Below, one piece after another: positions 1 to 9,495 of a stretch of 64,000 nucleotides of DNA. The first letter of the stretch is position 1. Each line of letters starts with the position of its first letter. Location: positions 160,001 to 224,000 of the forward strand of contig CBDASZ010000002.1 in the NCBI GenBank assembly GCA_965199755.1, given 5' to 3'. Source of the DNA: an uncultured candidatus Porisulfidus sp. (GTDB taxonomy: Bacteria; Pseudomonadota; Gammaproteobacteria; Poriferisulfidales; Poriferisulfidaceae). The notes beneath the pieces were generated by a model. The model was not told the DNA's origin, made no database searches, and saw nothing but the letters and a program-made list of their open reading frames with translations. A program made the position numbers and the translations under genes.

Positions 1-1080
1 AATGCCAAAACGCAAAGAGGAATCCGCAGCAGACTCAGATAGCCCATATGCCAGCAAAATTCTGGATGGCTCTACTGTATCTGAGTGACAGGCCGAGCCG
101 GAAGAAATCAAAAGGCCGTCGAAAGCATTGATCCACTCGTCACTTGATTTTCCTGGGAAGTACAAGTTCAAGATCCCAGGCACTCGGTGGTTCTTTTTAG
201 AGCTTCCGTTTAATTGAGTTTCCGGGTATATCTCGAATATCCCCGTAGTAAATTTTTTTGCTAAATGTTCGATTCGGTGCATGTCATCTTCTAGTTCTCT
301 CGCAATGATCTGACAAGTTTCGCCAAACCCAACACACAATGGCACAGGAAGTGTGCCTGAACGAAGTCCTAATTCCTGACCTCCACCGAAAACAACTGGC
401 CTTATTGCGCGTTGGGCATTCTTCCCGATGTATAAAGAGCCTATTCCCTTAGGGCCGTAAGCTTTATGCGCCGAAAGGGTTATTAGATCCCCTCCAATGT
501 CTTCTACATCAACCGGCAACTTTCCAAGTGATTGTGCACAGTCTGAATGGAATAGAACACCTCCCTGGTGGCAAAGCCTAGCGATTTCATTAACAGGCTG
601 GACTACCCCGGTTTCATTATTGACGTGCATTACGGTGACCAGAAGTGTAGCCTCTGAAATATGCTCCTCAAGTAAGTTGATATCAACGTGCCCTGAAGAT
701 TGGACTGGCAAAACTGTTACCTGTGTTCCTTCCACCCCCATGGCTCTGACAGTTTCCAAGACAGAACTGTGTTCGGTTTCCAATGTGATGATCTCGCGCC
801 TGTTCGAAGGCGCTGCTCTCACTAGTCCCTGAATAGCTATGTTGTTTGCTTCTGTCGCGCCAGATGTGAAAATTACGGCGCGGGGGTCTGCATTAATCGC
901 CTGCGCGATTTGGGATCGAGCCGTATTGACAGCCTTCTCCGCTCTTATACCAGCCAAGTGGTTATTTGAATGAGGATTAGCATAGATTTCTGTGAAATAC
1001 GGAGCCATAGCCTCGTACACACGCGGGTCCACTGGCGTAGAAGCAGGATAATCCAGATATATTGAGTTTGAGGAAAACAC
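1..1080 (-). CDS. Cysteine desulfurase, group I (IscS/DndA-like); 3' end lies outside the window
   Basis: Absent from the ORF track; translated by hand from GTG at 1080: VFSSNSIYLDYPASTPVDPRV..., PLP-lysine motif TLSAHKAYGPKGIG, catalytic motif ISSGSACHS, ...SLRFGI at the window edge. Confidence 0.93.
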   Translation of the reverse strand, partial: MFSSNSIYLDYPASTPVDPRVYEAMAPYFTEIYANPHSNNHLAGIRAEKAVNTARSQIAQAINADPRAVIFTSGATEANNIAIQGLVRAAPSNRREIITLETEHSSVLETVRAMGVEGTQVTVLPVQSSGHVDINLLEEHISEATLLVTVMHVNNETGVVQPVNEIARLCHQGGVLFHSDCAQSLGKLPVDVEDIGGDLITLSAHKAYGPKGIGSLYIGKNAQRAIRPVVFGGGQELGLRSGTLPVPLCVGFGETCQIIARELEDDMHRIEHLAKKFTTGIFEIYPETQLNGSSKKNHRVPGILNLYFPGKSSDEWINAFDGLLISSGSACHSDTVEPSRILLAYGLSESAADSSLRFGI

Positions 1081-1084
1081 TGTT

Positions 1085-2437
1085 TCAGTCAGTACAATCA
1101 CAAGGCAGTAGAGCCTCTGCCGACGGGATGTCGTCGGGTTCAATATCTTTCAGTATGCGGTATGTCCTCTGGGCATCCACTCCCCAGAACCCAATAGTTA
1201 CAGTTTCTTCACTAGATTGCTTTTGATCGGTAGAGCGCTTAACTGGTCTCCGCTGGTAACGTTCTTCTAAATCAGCCCACCATTCGACATCTGATGGGGT
1301 ATTGGGAACACTGCGCAATGCTACCGGCAGGCTTGCATCTAAACGTTTTATTTCGCGCTGGATAACAGGGATAGCATTCTCGCCTTTCATAAAGCAGTAA
1401 ACACAATTTGATAAGTTGCTTTGGTCCGGGAGTTCCAACTGCCACGGCCGAGCACTCCAATAATCCATTACTGCATCTTTATCGACTTCCGCATCGGCTA
1501 GCGGGGTGTACACGATCTCGCCATCCGGCAGATTTGCATTTCCTCGTTCTTGCTTATTTATTCCCTTGCGGTTCCGCTGCTTAACTCTGGAAACTCTCAT
1601 AGGTTCATCAGCCCTCAAGCCAATAAGAGAAACATATTCGATCGCTCCTGACCCTGTCATCGGCGCGGTATCCCCAAGACTCCGATCCGAAAACGCAGAT
1701 TTCATAATGTACCGCGCGCCAATCTCAGAAAAATCATCAAACTTCTGAGGCAAGCAGGCGGGAGGACACCGCCGAACATATTCTTTTTTACGCAAGAGTT
1801 CCTCATCTGCCATCATGCCGCGAGACTTCTTATGGCGAGCGATAACTTCTTCATCAGTTACTAAAGACTCTTGGCGATAGTGGCCTTTGTGAGTAGTAGT
1901 TTCTTTTGCTGCAAACCATTCGCAAAGAAAATTATTTGTTGTCGATAACTTCAGATTGGTAGTGCAAATTCTTGTGTGGCGACTTGGGAGAAACCCTGCT
2001 CTACTAACCATTTCTTCAAACACCTCCCCTTTATAGTGATAACCATCAGAGTTTTCTGGACTAAATGGTTCTTTGTTGACAAGACGAAATGAGTCATGCC
2101 TTGACCAGCCACCATGAGTAGCATCTTCGTATGAAGCGTATTCCAGCCAAAAAAAGGGAATTCCTGCCTGCTCTGTGTAGTCTGCACACTTTCGGACAAA
2201 ATCATACGTTGCAGGATGCTCAGCAGACGTGTTATTGAAAATTACAACATCTCCACGAATCGGATCGAAAACACCATGGTCGAGTAAGGCCATCAGCATC
2301 ATCCCGCTGGAACGTCCACCGGAAAATTTCACAACGTGCGGTAGTCCCTGATGTGATTTCGTTTCGTACTTGATACCCAAACCAGAATGGCTTTCCGCCT
2401 TTGGGGGTTGCGAAGCACTTGAAGAAGGCGATGACAT
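1085..2437 (-). CDS. PAPS reductase / adenine-nucleotide alpha hydrolase family protein (DndC/SspD/BrxP-like), Cys-rich
   Basis: PP-loop variant VVKFSGGRSS, RICTTNLK, IGLRADE, SNCVYCFMKG, C-terminal PCDCTD. Confidence 0.85.
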   Translation of the reverse strand: MSSPSSSASQPPKAESHSGLGIKYETKSHQGLPHVVKFSGGRSSGMMLMALLDHGVFDPIRGDVVIFNNTSAEHPATYDFVRKCADYTEQAGIPFFWLEYASYEDATHGGWSRHDSFRLVNKEPFSPENSDGYHYKGEVFEEMVSRAGFLPSRHTRICTTNLKLSTTNNFLCEWFAAKETTTHKGHYRQESLVTDEEVIARHKKSRGMMADEELLRKKEYVRRCPPACLPQKFDDFSEIGARYIMKSAFSDRSLGDTAPMTGSGAIEYVSLIGLRADEPMRVSRVKQRNRKGINKQERGNANLPDGEIVYTPLADAEVDKDAVMDYWSARPWQLELPDQSNLSNCVYCFMKGENAIPVIQREIKRLDASLPVALRSVPNTPSDVEWWADLEERYQRRPVKRSTDQKQSSEETVTIGFWGVDAQRTYRILKDIEPDDIPSAEALLPCDCTD

Positions 2438-3327
2438 TAGCTAGTTCCAGAAACAATCGGTACTATTTCACTTTTGATGATTTCCTTGACTTGCGGAGGG
2501 GAAAGTGCTCCCAGCGCCTGAGTCGCTGTATGTCGCCCTATCACATCAGCCAGAGTTCTGACTTTTTCTTTGGATCGTTCGTTTGATTCCGCCAGTTGAA
2601 TAATTAAAGCTGGGCGTATATTTTGGTCCCCGATTACAGTAAGGCGGCTCACCATTGACTCAATGAGCACTTCCCAGCGTGCTGATATCCGAAGTACTTC
2701 GGATAACTCTTGAGTGGTGAAAATACTGAAAATACGTTGTGCTTCAGTCGCGTAACGATGCCTCCACCAAGCTTTTGCCAATGGACAATCCAGGTATGTT
2801 GAGCGAGCACCCCTGTCTCTAATAATCCCTCCCAAACGTCTAAGGACATCACGAACACAACTCTCGATCTCTTTGGATCTTTTCTTGGACACACGCTCCT
2901 TATTTACAATCCTGTTAATGCGATCTCTGCCAGATTGTTTCTTTTTAGAAGTTGCTAAGAACGAACTTGAAATAAGTCCTTCCTCGATAAGTTCAACATG
3001 AATCCTCGCCCAAGCACCTGGCTGCGCCGCCATTGCCACAGGGAGATCTGCCCAGGTGCTGGCAATAACTTCCTCTGTAGACCATGGCAACTCCAAGTAT
3101 TCCGACTCCGACAGTTGGTAGGGTAAGACAGAGGGAGAGTTGCCCCTTGTCACCCCCCAAGAACGAACTATTGCACAGAATTCTTGCGAGTCTTCTGCAA
3201 CAATCTCAAGAAACTTAATTCGCTCTCTTTCCGAGCTTTGCAATTCCCTTTTGGACAGCAACACACCCTGAGCTTTCTCTAAACCTCTGTGCTCAATTGC
3301 TTGAATTTCACTAGACTGAATCAGCAT
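2437..3327 (-). CDS. Hypothetical protein, tentatively DUF6339-like
   Basis: 296-aa ORF overlapping both neighbours; segments DLPVAMAAQPGAWARIH, LAKAWW and LGALSPPQV recall DUF6339 blocks (from memory, unverified). Confidence 0.6.
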   Translation of the reverse strand: MLIQSSEIQAIEHRGLEKAQGVLLSKRELQSSERERIKFLEIVAEDSQEFCAIVRSWGVTRGNSPSVLPYQLSESEYLELPWSTEEVIASTWADLPVAMAAQPGAWARIHVELIEEGLISSSFLATSKKKQSGRDRINRIVNKERVSKKRSKEIESCVRDVLRRLGGIIRDRGARSTYLDCPLAKAWWRHRYATEAQRIFSIFTTQELSEVLRISARWEVLIESMVSRLTVIGDQNIRPALIIQLAESNERSKEKVRTLADVIGRHTATQALGALSPPQVKEIIKSEIVPIVSGTS

Positions 3328-4168
3328 TGCTTACTCCACTGAATTTGAACGGTCTAAACCTAGCGGCAGCTACCTCTGCATGGAAATCTTCGTTGTCCCA
3401 AGTAGCAATACCTTCGTTTTCTAGCATCGTGTGTAACTCTCTCAAAACAGGAAACTCTTCCCAGAGGTTCCCTGAACCTTCTTTTGAACCGTATTCCCGC
3501 CGAAGGATTTCGAATCCCACTGTCAGCGCACTAGTCAAAATGCCGTTCCTATAATCTCCCTGTCCTTCAGGAGGGGTCACCAGAAAGGAATATAGTTCAG
3601 GGTGTGCAGTGACCTTAAAGTGGAATCCTTCGCTAGAACTTTCCTCTACTTTATATTCACCGGGCTTTAATTCTCCCTTTGGATCTTCAAGTAGCCTCAA
3701 CAGACTTTCAAAAGTAGACCTAAATGCCCAGAACTGGTCAATAGCAAGAATAGTTCCAGAGCGCAATTGAATTTCTCGACCGTCCCAAATGCTATGGACT
3801 CCGTGTCTCTCAGTTGACAACTTTATATTTTGGGGTTCTGCCAGCTCAACTACAACAATAGGACGAATATATACGGGAGGAACAACTTCCGCCGCATCCC
3901 AAGAGACCTTTTGAGTGCATGATATTTCGCCTCGAATCTCGCTTTTTTCTATATGCCGGAACGTTGCATACGGAGAAGAAACCTCGACCGCGAATACAGC
4001 CTTGGACTCTTTCAGTAACGATGCAACCAAGTTTTTCCCTTGAATTTCATGTCTTACATCCATGCTGTGTTTATCATCTCCCTGATCAACTGATATGCGG
4101 TATGTGCTGTTGGCATAGTCCATCCGTGATTCCTCCAAGAGAGGCAGTACTGTCGTGCTTAATGTCAT
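3311..4168 (-). CDS. Hypothetical protein (~285 aa) in the GHKL operon
   Basis: Long ORF; likely start MTLSTT at 4168 forms an ATGA overlap with the upstream stop at 4165. Confidence 0.75.
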   Translation of the reverse strand: MTLSTTVLPLLEESRMDYANSTYRISVDQGDDKHSMDVRHEIQGKNLVASLLKESKAVFAVEVSSPYATFRHIEKSEIRGEISCTQKVSWDAAEVVPPVYIRPIVVVELAEPQNIKLSTERHGVHSIWDGREIQLRSGTILAIDQFWAFRSTFESLLRLLEDPKGELKPGEYKVEESSSEGFHFKVTAHPELYSFLVTPPEGQGDYRNGILTSALTVGFEILRREYGSKEGSGNLWEEFPVLRELHTMLENEGIATWDNEDFHAEVAAARFRPFKFSGVSNADSV

Positions 4169-6094
4169 TTGGAAGTCTCCTGTTTTGAGGTCGCACGCTT
4201 GATAACTTCGACTCGGACACTCCCATGACCAGGATGTTGGCATGGAACTTGTATATCCACCTCTTTACCCAAGTCTAATTTGCCCAGGTCAATAGATACG
4301 CGCTGACCATTCGCATCTTTGTGCACATTTTCGACGCGCTTCCCATCGAGAGTCGGGTCTCCGCAGATTTCCAAAAACTGATCTGCCGGCGGCGAATCAC
4401 AAGTTTTATCAGCACCACTTGCATGCACTAGTCGCAACTCTACGTTTCTGTTCTTTTCAAGAGGCTTAAGACGAATTTGCATGCCTCCATTTTCCCAAAC
4501 GGAAGCCTGTTGTACCTTCAAATGACTTCCATGGCGCTTTATAGGGCTTGGGTTTGGAGGATAAGGTCCTAGGCGCTCGCCACCAGGATAAACTTGCGGA
4601 TCAGGTTGGTTTTGGCGCTCTGGTCGGCCAACACTTCCTTTGGGAGACTTCGGGTTTTTCTCGCGCCCGCCGCCGGTAACTTCAACCGAGAAAAATCCCG
4701 GATCAATCTCACGAGCTTCTAACTCAGGAGCAAATTCGCGGAGTTGCGCGTGTATTTCTTGGAAAAGTTTGTCGAACTGCTCACGTTTTTTCGATGTTCC
4801 CTTTCGACCCAAACGCGAAAGGTCTAGATCTATGTGCCGAGGACCTTCGGCATCGCGGATTAAATTGCATGCCTCTCCTGCAAGATCAGGATCTAGCAGT
4901 ATAAGTGCATTGAAGGGTGCCGAGCGACCGAAATTTGCTGGCTGATTGAGATGAATGGCATTGGTGACCCACATCCCGTTTCTGTACAGTTGAAGATGGG
5001 TGCCCCCCCCCCCCCTCCATAAGTTCTGATGTGTACTGGCGGAAGGCCACAGGCACAGATCCAAATGAAGTTTCGATATTTATCCGATTGGCTTCATCTA
5101 GCGTAATTGCTGCGTCCCAAGCTTGTCTTCCACTTGGCCCAATTGAATGATTCTTCCTTCGAATACGCTCCTTATAGTTTTCGAGGATTTCCCGAAGCCT
5201 ATTCCGATCGATCACACTCTCTTCCCAAGAGGGTGCTTTAACATGAATGTTCATCTTCCCTGCATGAATAGCAGGAGCAAAATGAGTAGCCGAAACACGT
5301 TCAATTTCTCTCACTACTTCCTGATCATCATCATACCGGTTAAAGCGGTTGAAACCCAAGATCCCGACCACCGATCCGGTGCCATATTCCTCTTCGATCC
5401 AATCTAGTTTTTTGCTAATAATTTTAGGAACGTCTCCATCCCAATAGTACAGAAAACGGTCTATGAGATCTTCTTCAAGTTTCGCGACTAAAAAACCGTC
5501 TTTCCCATAGTTTTCCCCGTTCAGAGCATGTGTTGCGAGGATAGTTTGGCCTGCAGCAATTCGACGCTTCTTGCCATGTTGCTCGAACACACCTCCGTAC
5601 ACGATGTAGCGAAGATCTGATGCGGGGAATGTCGTCATATGTCCATTCCCATAAGACCCTGTCGATTTCTCATCAGACTTCGTGCTTGCCCCATCCGACA
5701 ACAAGCGATTCATATTATCGGGGCTCAGCCCAATTCCGTTATCCATGACCCAAAGTATTGATGATTTATCAGCGTCAAGGGTTTCCTGCATTGCATCCGT
5801 AATGCCTTTTGCTTGCTGCAAGGTTTTTGCCCTCCGCTGAGTCTCGATCGCGCCTTCAAAATGTTCTCTGTAGTTACTGATTACCGAGATAGACTTGGTC
5901 TTCATCTCTTCAATATGAAAATGAATGTGCGCGGTATCTGATCCCTTCTTTGCCTGAAGGAAAGCATCAAGACCGTTCTGAATCAATTCGCGAAGCAGTG
6001 TGTCAGGGTCAATATTGTTGACCATGGACAGACCTGTTGGCCGGAAGCCTTCCAGTGGCCCCGCTGGATGGAACTTTAAAGTCGGTTTAGCCAT
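4165..6094 (-). CDS. GHKL (HATPase_c/MORC/Hsp90-like) ATPase, frameshifted at a G13 tract (5003-5015); ~642 aa if one G is removed
   Basis: N-box LLRELIQNGLDA, G1 VMDNGIGL, G2 GSYGNGH; ORFs 4886-6094 and 4165-5064 join at MEGGG|GTHLQLYRNG. Confidence 0.8.
5003..5015. repeat. C13 homopolymer (G13 on the coding strand)
   Basis: Counted directly; coincides with the frame switch in the GHKL gene. Confidence 0.95.
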
Positions 6095-6112
6095 AAAACA
6101 GATTTTTCTTGA

Positions 6113-6379
6113 TTAAGGATTGGGTGCGAATGCTAGCATAGTCCAAAAGCGAGCGTGTGACAGTATTCCCCCATCATAGGTCCCACCTGTACCAAAACTA
6201 CCCAGTCCTGCCCAATCGCGACTTTTCCTCTCGATAATCTCAGCTAGTGCTTTCGCGTCCTTGATTAAGTCGGAAAATAATTTTTGGGCATCAGCGAATT
6301 TCTCGCAATAATCTTGATAGATCCGGTCCATCTCAAATAGGGGATCTACATAGGACAACCACTTCTGAACATCAGCCAT
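6113..6379 (-). CDS. Small hypothetical protein (possible gene fragment)
   Basis: 88-aa ORF, co-oriented and ending 18 bp before the GHKL start. Confidence 0.4.
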   Translation of the reverse strand: MADVQKWLSYVDPLFEMDRIYQDYCEKFADAQKLFSDLIKDAKALAEIIERKSRDWAGLGSFGTGGTYDGGILSHARFWTMLAFAPNP

Positions 6380-6380
6380 C

Positions 6381-6653
6381 TCAAGCAGGCCATGCTTGCC
6401 AGTATAGCGAAGTATGTTTTTTATTATGGCTTGCTTGAAGAGGAGGACGACGATTTTCTTCGTGGTAATCAGGCTGACATTTCATCAGTATATGCCTGAC
6501 CTCTGTCAGCACCAAAAAGGAAGTCACAGCACAAACATTACGAGTCCCATCATGGTCAAGCTCATCCGGCTCGGCTTCCTCGCGCCTAGCTAAATTATAC
6601 TTAAGTTGCTCAATGTATATTTTCAAAAGTTCTATATGGTCGCTCATGCTCAT
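6381..6653 (-). CDS. Small hypothetical protein (possible gene fragment)
   Basis: 90-aa ORF preceded by a GGAG-type RBS. Confidence 0.45.
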   Translation of the reverse strand: MSMSDHIELLKIYIEQLKYNLARREEAEPDELDHDGTRNVCAVTSFLVLTEVRHILMKCQPDYHEENRRPPLQASHNKKHTSLYWQAWPA

Positions 6654-6843
6654 GGTAGATCTCCCAAGTTATTCAGTAAATTATGGACGTATTACCCCTT
6701 TCTTCCCGTGCGTTATCAAATCACAAATTCACTCCATTTTATGTGATTTATAAGAGGGTTAAACACTGATTGGAGCCACATCGAGATTTTCTCGGAGTAG
6801 CTAATCCTCTTATATAATTACTTTTTGACTTTGGACATCTCTG

Positions 6844-7341
6844 ATGACTGATCCAAATCCGGCCCCGCCCGTCGCCATCGTGATGGGCAGTAGTAGCGAC
6901 TGGAGCACCATGAAGGTCGCGGCTGAATACCTCGACACTCTGGAAGTCTCTTTTGAGGCGCGCGTGGTGTCTGCTCACCGCACGCCAGATCTGATGCGTG
7001 ACTACGCCCGCAGCGCCCGCGAACGCGGCATTCGCTGCCTGATCGCCGGAGCCGGAGGGGCGGCGCATCTGCCAGGCATGCTGGCCGCCATGACCCCTGT
7101 CCCGGTACTGGGCGTCCCTATCAACGCCACCGCACTGGACGGTCAGGATTCTCTGCTGTCGATCGTGCAGATGCCCAAGGGCATTCCGGTCGCCACTTTC
7201 GCGATTGGCAAGCCCGGAGCCGCCAACGCAGCGTTGTTCGCCGCCGCCATGCTGGCTGGCAGCGACCCGGAACTGGCGACGCGCATTGATGCCTTCCGAG
7301 AGTCCCAGACACGCGCCGTTCTTGAACAGACCCTTGACTGA
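6844..7341 (+). CDS. purE: N5-carboxyaminoimidazole ribonucleotide mutase
   Basis: [42 protein letters not shown]. Confidence 0.98.
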   Translation: MTDPNPAPPVAIVMGSSSDWSTMKVAAEYLDTLEVSFEARVVSAHRTPDLMRDYARSARERGIRCLIAGAGGAAHLPGMLAAMTPVPVLGVPINATALDGQDSLLSIVQMPKGIPVATFAIGKPGAANAALFAAAMLAGSDPELATRIDAFRESQTRAVLEQTLD

Positions 7342-8485
7342 AACTGCGCCCGCCGGCGCGTCACTCGGCATTCTCGGCGGCGGCCAACTCGGCCAGATGT
7401 TCGCCCAAGCCGCCCAAGACATGGGCTACCACGTCACGGTGCTGGAACCCGGTGCCGAATGCCCCGCCTCCCGACACGCCGCATTGCACCTGATCGCCAA
7501 TTACGACAACACCCAGGCACTGGACACCATGGCCGCCGACTGCGTGGCCGCCAGTTTCGAGTTTGAGTCGGTCCCAGCAAAAGCGGTCGAATACCTGCAG
7601 TCTCGCATCCCAGTCCGCCCGGATGCCACCGCACTGGAGATTGCGCAAAGCCGAAGTCAAGAGAAAGCCTTTGCCCAACAACACGCCACACACACCCTGC
7701 CTGTCCCTTACGCGCCCATCACGGACGATGCCCAAATCCCTGAAGCACTGGAACGTCTCGGCACCCCGTGCATTCTCAAGACAGACCGTCTGGGCTATGA
7801 CGGCAAGGGCCAGCAGCAGGTCAGCGACGCACAACAAGCGAGTGACGTCTTTCACAAGTTTGGCCACGTCCCTTGCGTCCTTGAGAAAGCCATTGACTTG
7901 CAGTGCGAAGTTTCCGTAATCGTCGCACGCCAGGCAGAACAGTTCGCCGTCTATCCGGTTGCCGACAACGAACACCGCAGCGGCATTCTGCACCGCTCCA
8001 TGGCTCCCGCGAACATCTCCAACAGCATTCGCCAGCAGTTGCAAGACTCAGCCTGCGCCCTCGCGAACGCCCTGCAATATCAGGGTGTGATGGCGGTGGA
8101 GTACTTCATCGCGCAAGACGGTGCGCTTTATTTCAACGAACTGGCACCGCGTCCACACAACAGCGGCCACTACACCATCGACGCTTGCGCCACCTCACAA
8201 TTTGAACAACAAGTCCGCGTCTTGTGCGGCATGGAACTCGGCAGCACCGAACAGCACAGTCCGATCGTCATGATCAACTTGCTCGGCGATCTCTGGCGTG
8301 ATGGTGCAGAGCCGGACTGGACGGGAATTCACGACGAACCAACCGCACGATTGCATCTGTACGGCAAACGAGACGCGAGACCTGGTCGAAAGATGGGACA
8401 CTTCTGCGTGCTAGACCCGGATCTCAGCACGGCGCTGGAATGCGCCGAGCGGCTCTATCAAAACCTCAGCCAGCCCACTTCCTGA
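7334..8485 (+). CDS. purK: N5-carboxyaminoimidazole ribonucleotide synthase
   Basis: [36 protein letters not shown]; probable TTG start overlapping purE. Confidence 0.97.
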   Translation: MTETAPAGASLGILGGGQLGQMFAQAAQDMGYHVTVLEPGAECPASRHAALHLIANYDNTQALDTMAADCVAASFEFESVPAKAVEYLQSRIPVRPDATALEIAQSRSQEKAFAQQHATHTLPVPYAPITDDAQIPEALERLGTPCILKTDRLGYDGKGQQQVSDAQQASDVFHKFGHVPCVLEKAIDLQCEVSVIVARQAEQFAVYPVADNEHRSGILHRSMAPANISNSIRQQLQDSACALANALQYQGVMAVEYFIAQDGALYFNELAPRPHNSGHYTIDACATSQFEQQVRVLCGMELGSTEQHSPIVMINLLGDLWRDGAEPDWTGIHDEPTARLHLYGKRDARPGRKMGHFCVLDPDLSTALECAERLYQNLSQPTS

Positions 8486-9486
8486 TGAGCGCCCCCCAGT
8501 ACCGCGCTCTGCGCATCCACCACGATGAGCACAGTCACCATTGCGAACTGACACAGGTCTCGCTTGATGATCTGAGTGAAGGTGGTGTTGTTCTCGCGAC
8601 CGAATACTCCGCGATCAATTACAAGGATGCTCTGGCCGGCACCGGCTCCGCGCCCATTCTGCGCAAATCTCCGCTGGTTGGCGGCATTGACGCCGCCGGG
8701 TGCATTCTGGAGAGCGACGATCCCAACCTTGAACCCGGACAGATCGCTCTGGTCACCGGTTGTGGCTTGTCCGAAACCCGTGACGGTGGATACTGCGAAC
8801 GCCTGCGTGTGCCACCGGAGTTCGTCGTTCCCATCCCTGATGGATTCACCCACCAAGATGCGATGATTCTAGGGACGGCCGGCTTGACCGCCATGCTGAG
8901 CATTCAGCGATTTGAAGACAACGGCATCACTCCCGATCGTGGGCCGGTGCTTGTGACCGGCGCGAGTGGTGGCGTCGGCAGTCTCAGTGTACTGCTGCTC
9001 AACCAATTGGGCTACACCTGTATTGCGATGACCTCCAAGGACTCCGAACACGAACACTTACGCAGTGTCGGAGCCGACGAAATCTGGACACCCGAACAAC
9101 TGCAACACGACAGCAAGGGACTGGGCAAAAGTCAGATCGCCGCAGCCATCGACAACCTCGGTGGCAACACGCTGCCCGCCCTCGCACGTATCACGCAACC
9201 TTGGGGTTGTGTGGTCAGTATCGGCGTCGCCACAGGCATGGAATACACCGGCTCTGTCGCCCCCTTCGTGATACGCGGCATCAGCATTCTGGGCGTCACT
9301 TCGGCCAACTGTCCGCCTGCGCGGAGGCAGGAAGCATGGAGGCATATCTTCCAGACGATCACGCCAGAATCTCTTAACAGAATATCAATACAAGTTATTG
9401 ACCTGAATGAAGTTTCTGAACACTTCCAGGAATTCCTCGACGGTCAGGCACGCGGTCGCACTGTGGTGCGTGTCTCCACAGACTAA
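8485..9486 (+). CDS. YhdH/AcuI family MDR oxidoreductase (acryloyl-CoA reductase-like)
   Basis: YSAINYKDALA, GTAGLTA, VTGASGGVGS, PFVIRG, GRTVV. Confidence 0.9.
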   Translation: MSAPQYRALRIHHDEHSHHCELTQVSLDDLSEGGVVLATEYSAINYKDALAGTGSAPILRKSPLVGGIDAAGCILESDDPNLEPGQIALVTGCGLSETRDGGYCERLRVPPEFVVPIPDGFTHQDAMILGTAGLTAMLSIQRFEDNGITPDRGPVLVTGASGGVGSLSVLLLNQLGYTCIAMTSKDSEHEHLRSVGADEIWTPEQLQHDSKGLGKSQIAAAIDNLGGNTLPALARITQPWGCVVSIGVATGMEYTGSVAPFVIRGISILGVTSANCPPARRQEAWRHIFQTITPESLNRISIQVIDLNEVSEHFQEFLDGQARGRTVVRVSTD

Positions 9487-9495
9487 GCCCTAATG

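Larger units (their letters stand above)
1..6840. mobile_element. Putative horizontally acquired island (right boundary just before purE)
   Basis: Visibly AT-richer than the rest of the window, with accessory gene content; no integrase seen in the window. Confidence 0.6.

Noticed and set aside
497-832. 111-aa plus-strand ORF from the track
   Set aside because: Antisense shadow of the cysteine desulfurase, which the track missed because it has no stop inside the window
1-6094. Calling the operon a canonical dnd, ssp or BREX locus
   Set aside because: No SMC-like DndD, DndE, SspB/C/E, BrxC or PglZ motifs recognised; the ATPase is GHKL-type, not P-loop
6749-6814. Integron attC site
   Set aside because: GTTAAAC lies at the wrong end relative to the RYYYAAC...GTTRRRY layout; no repeat copies and no integrase
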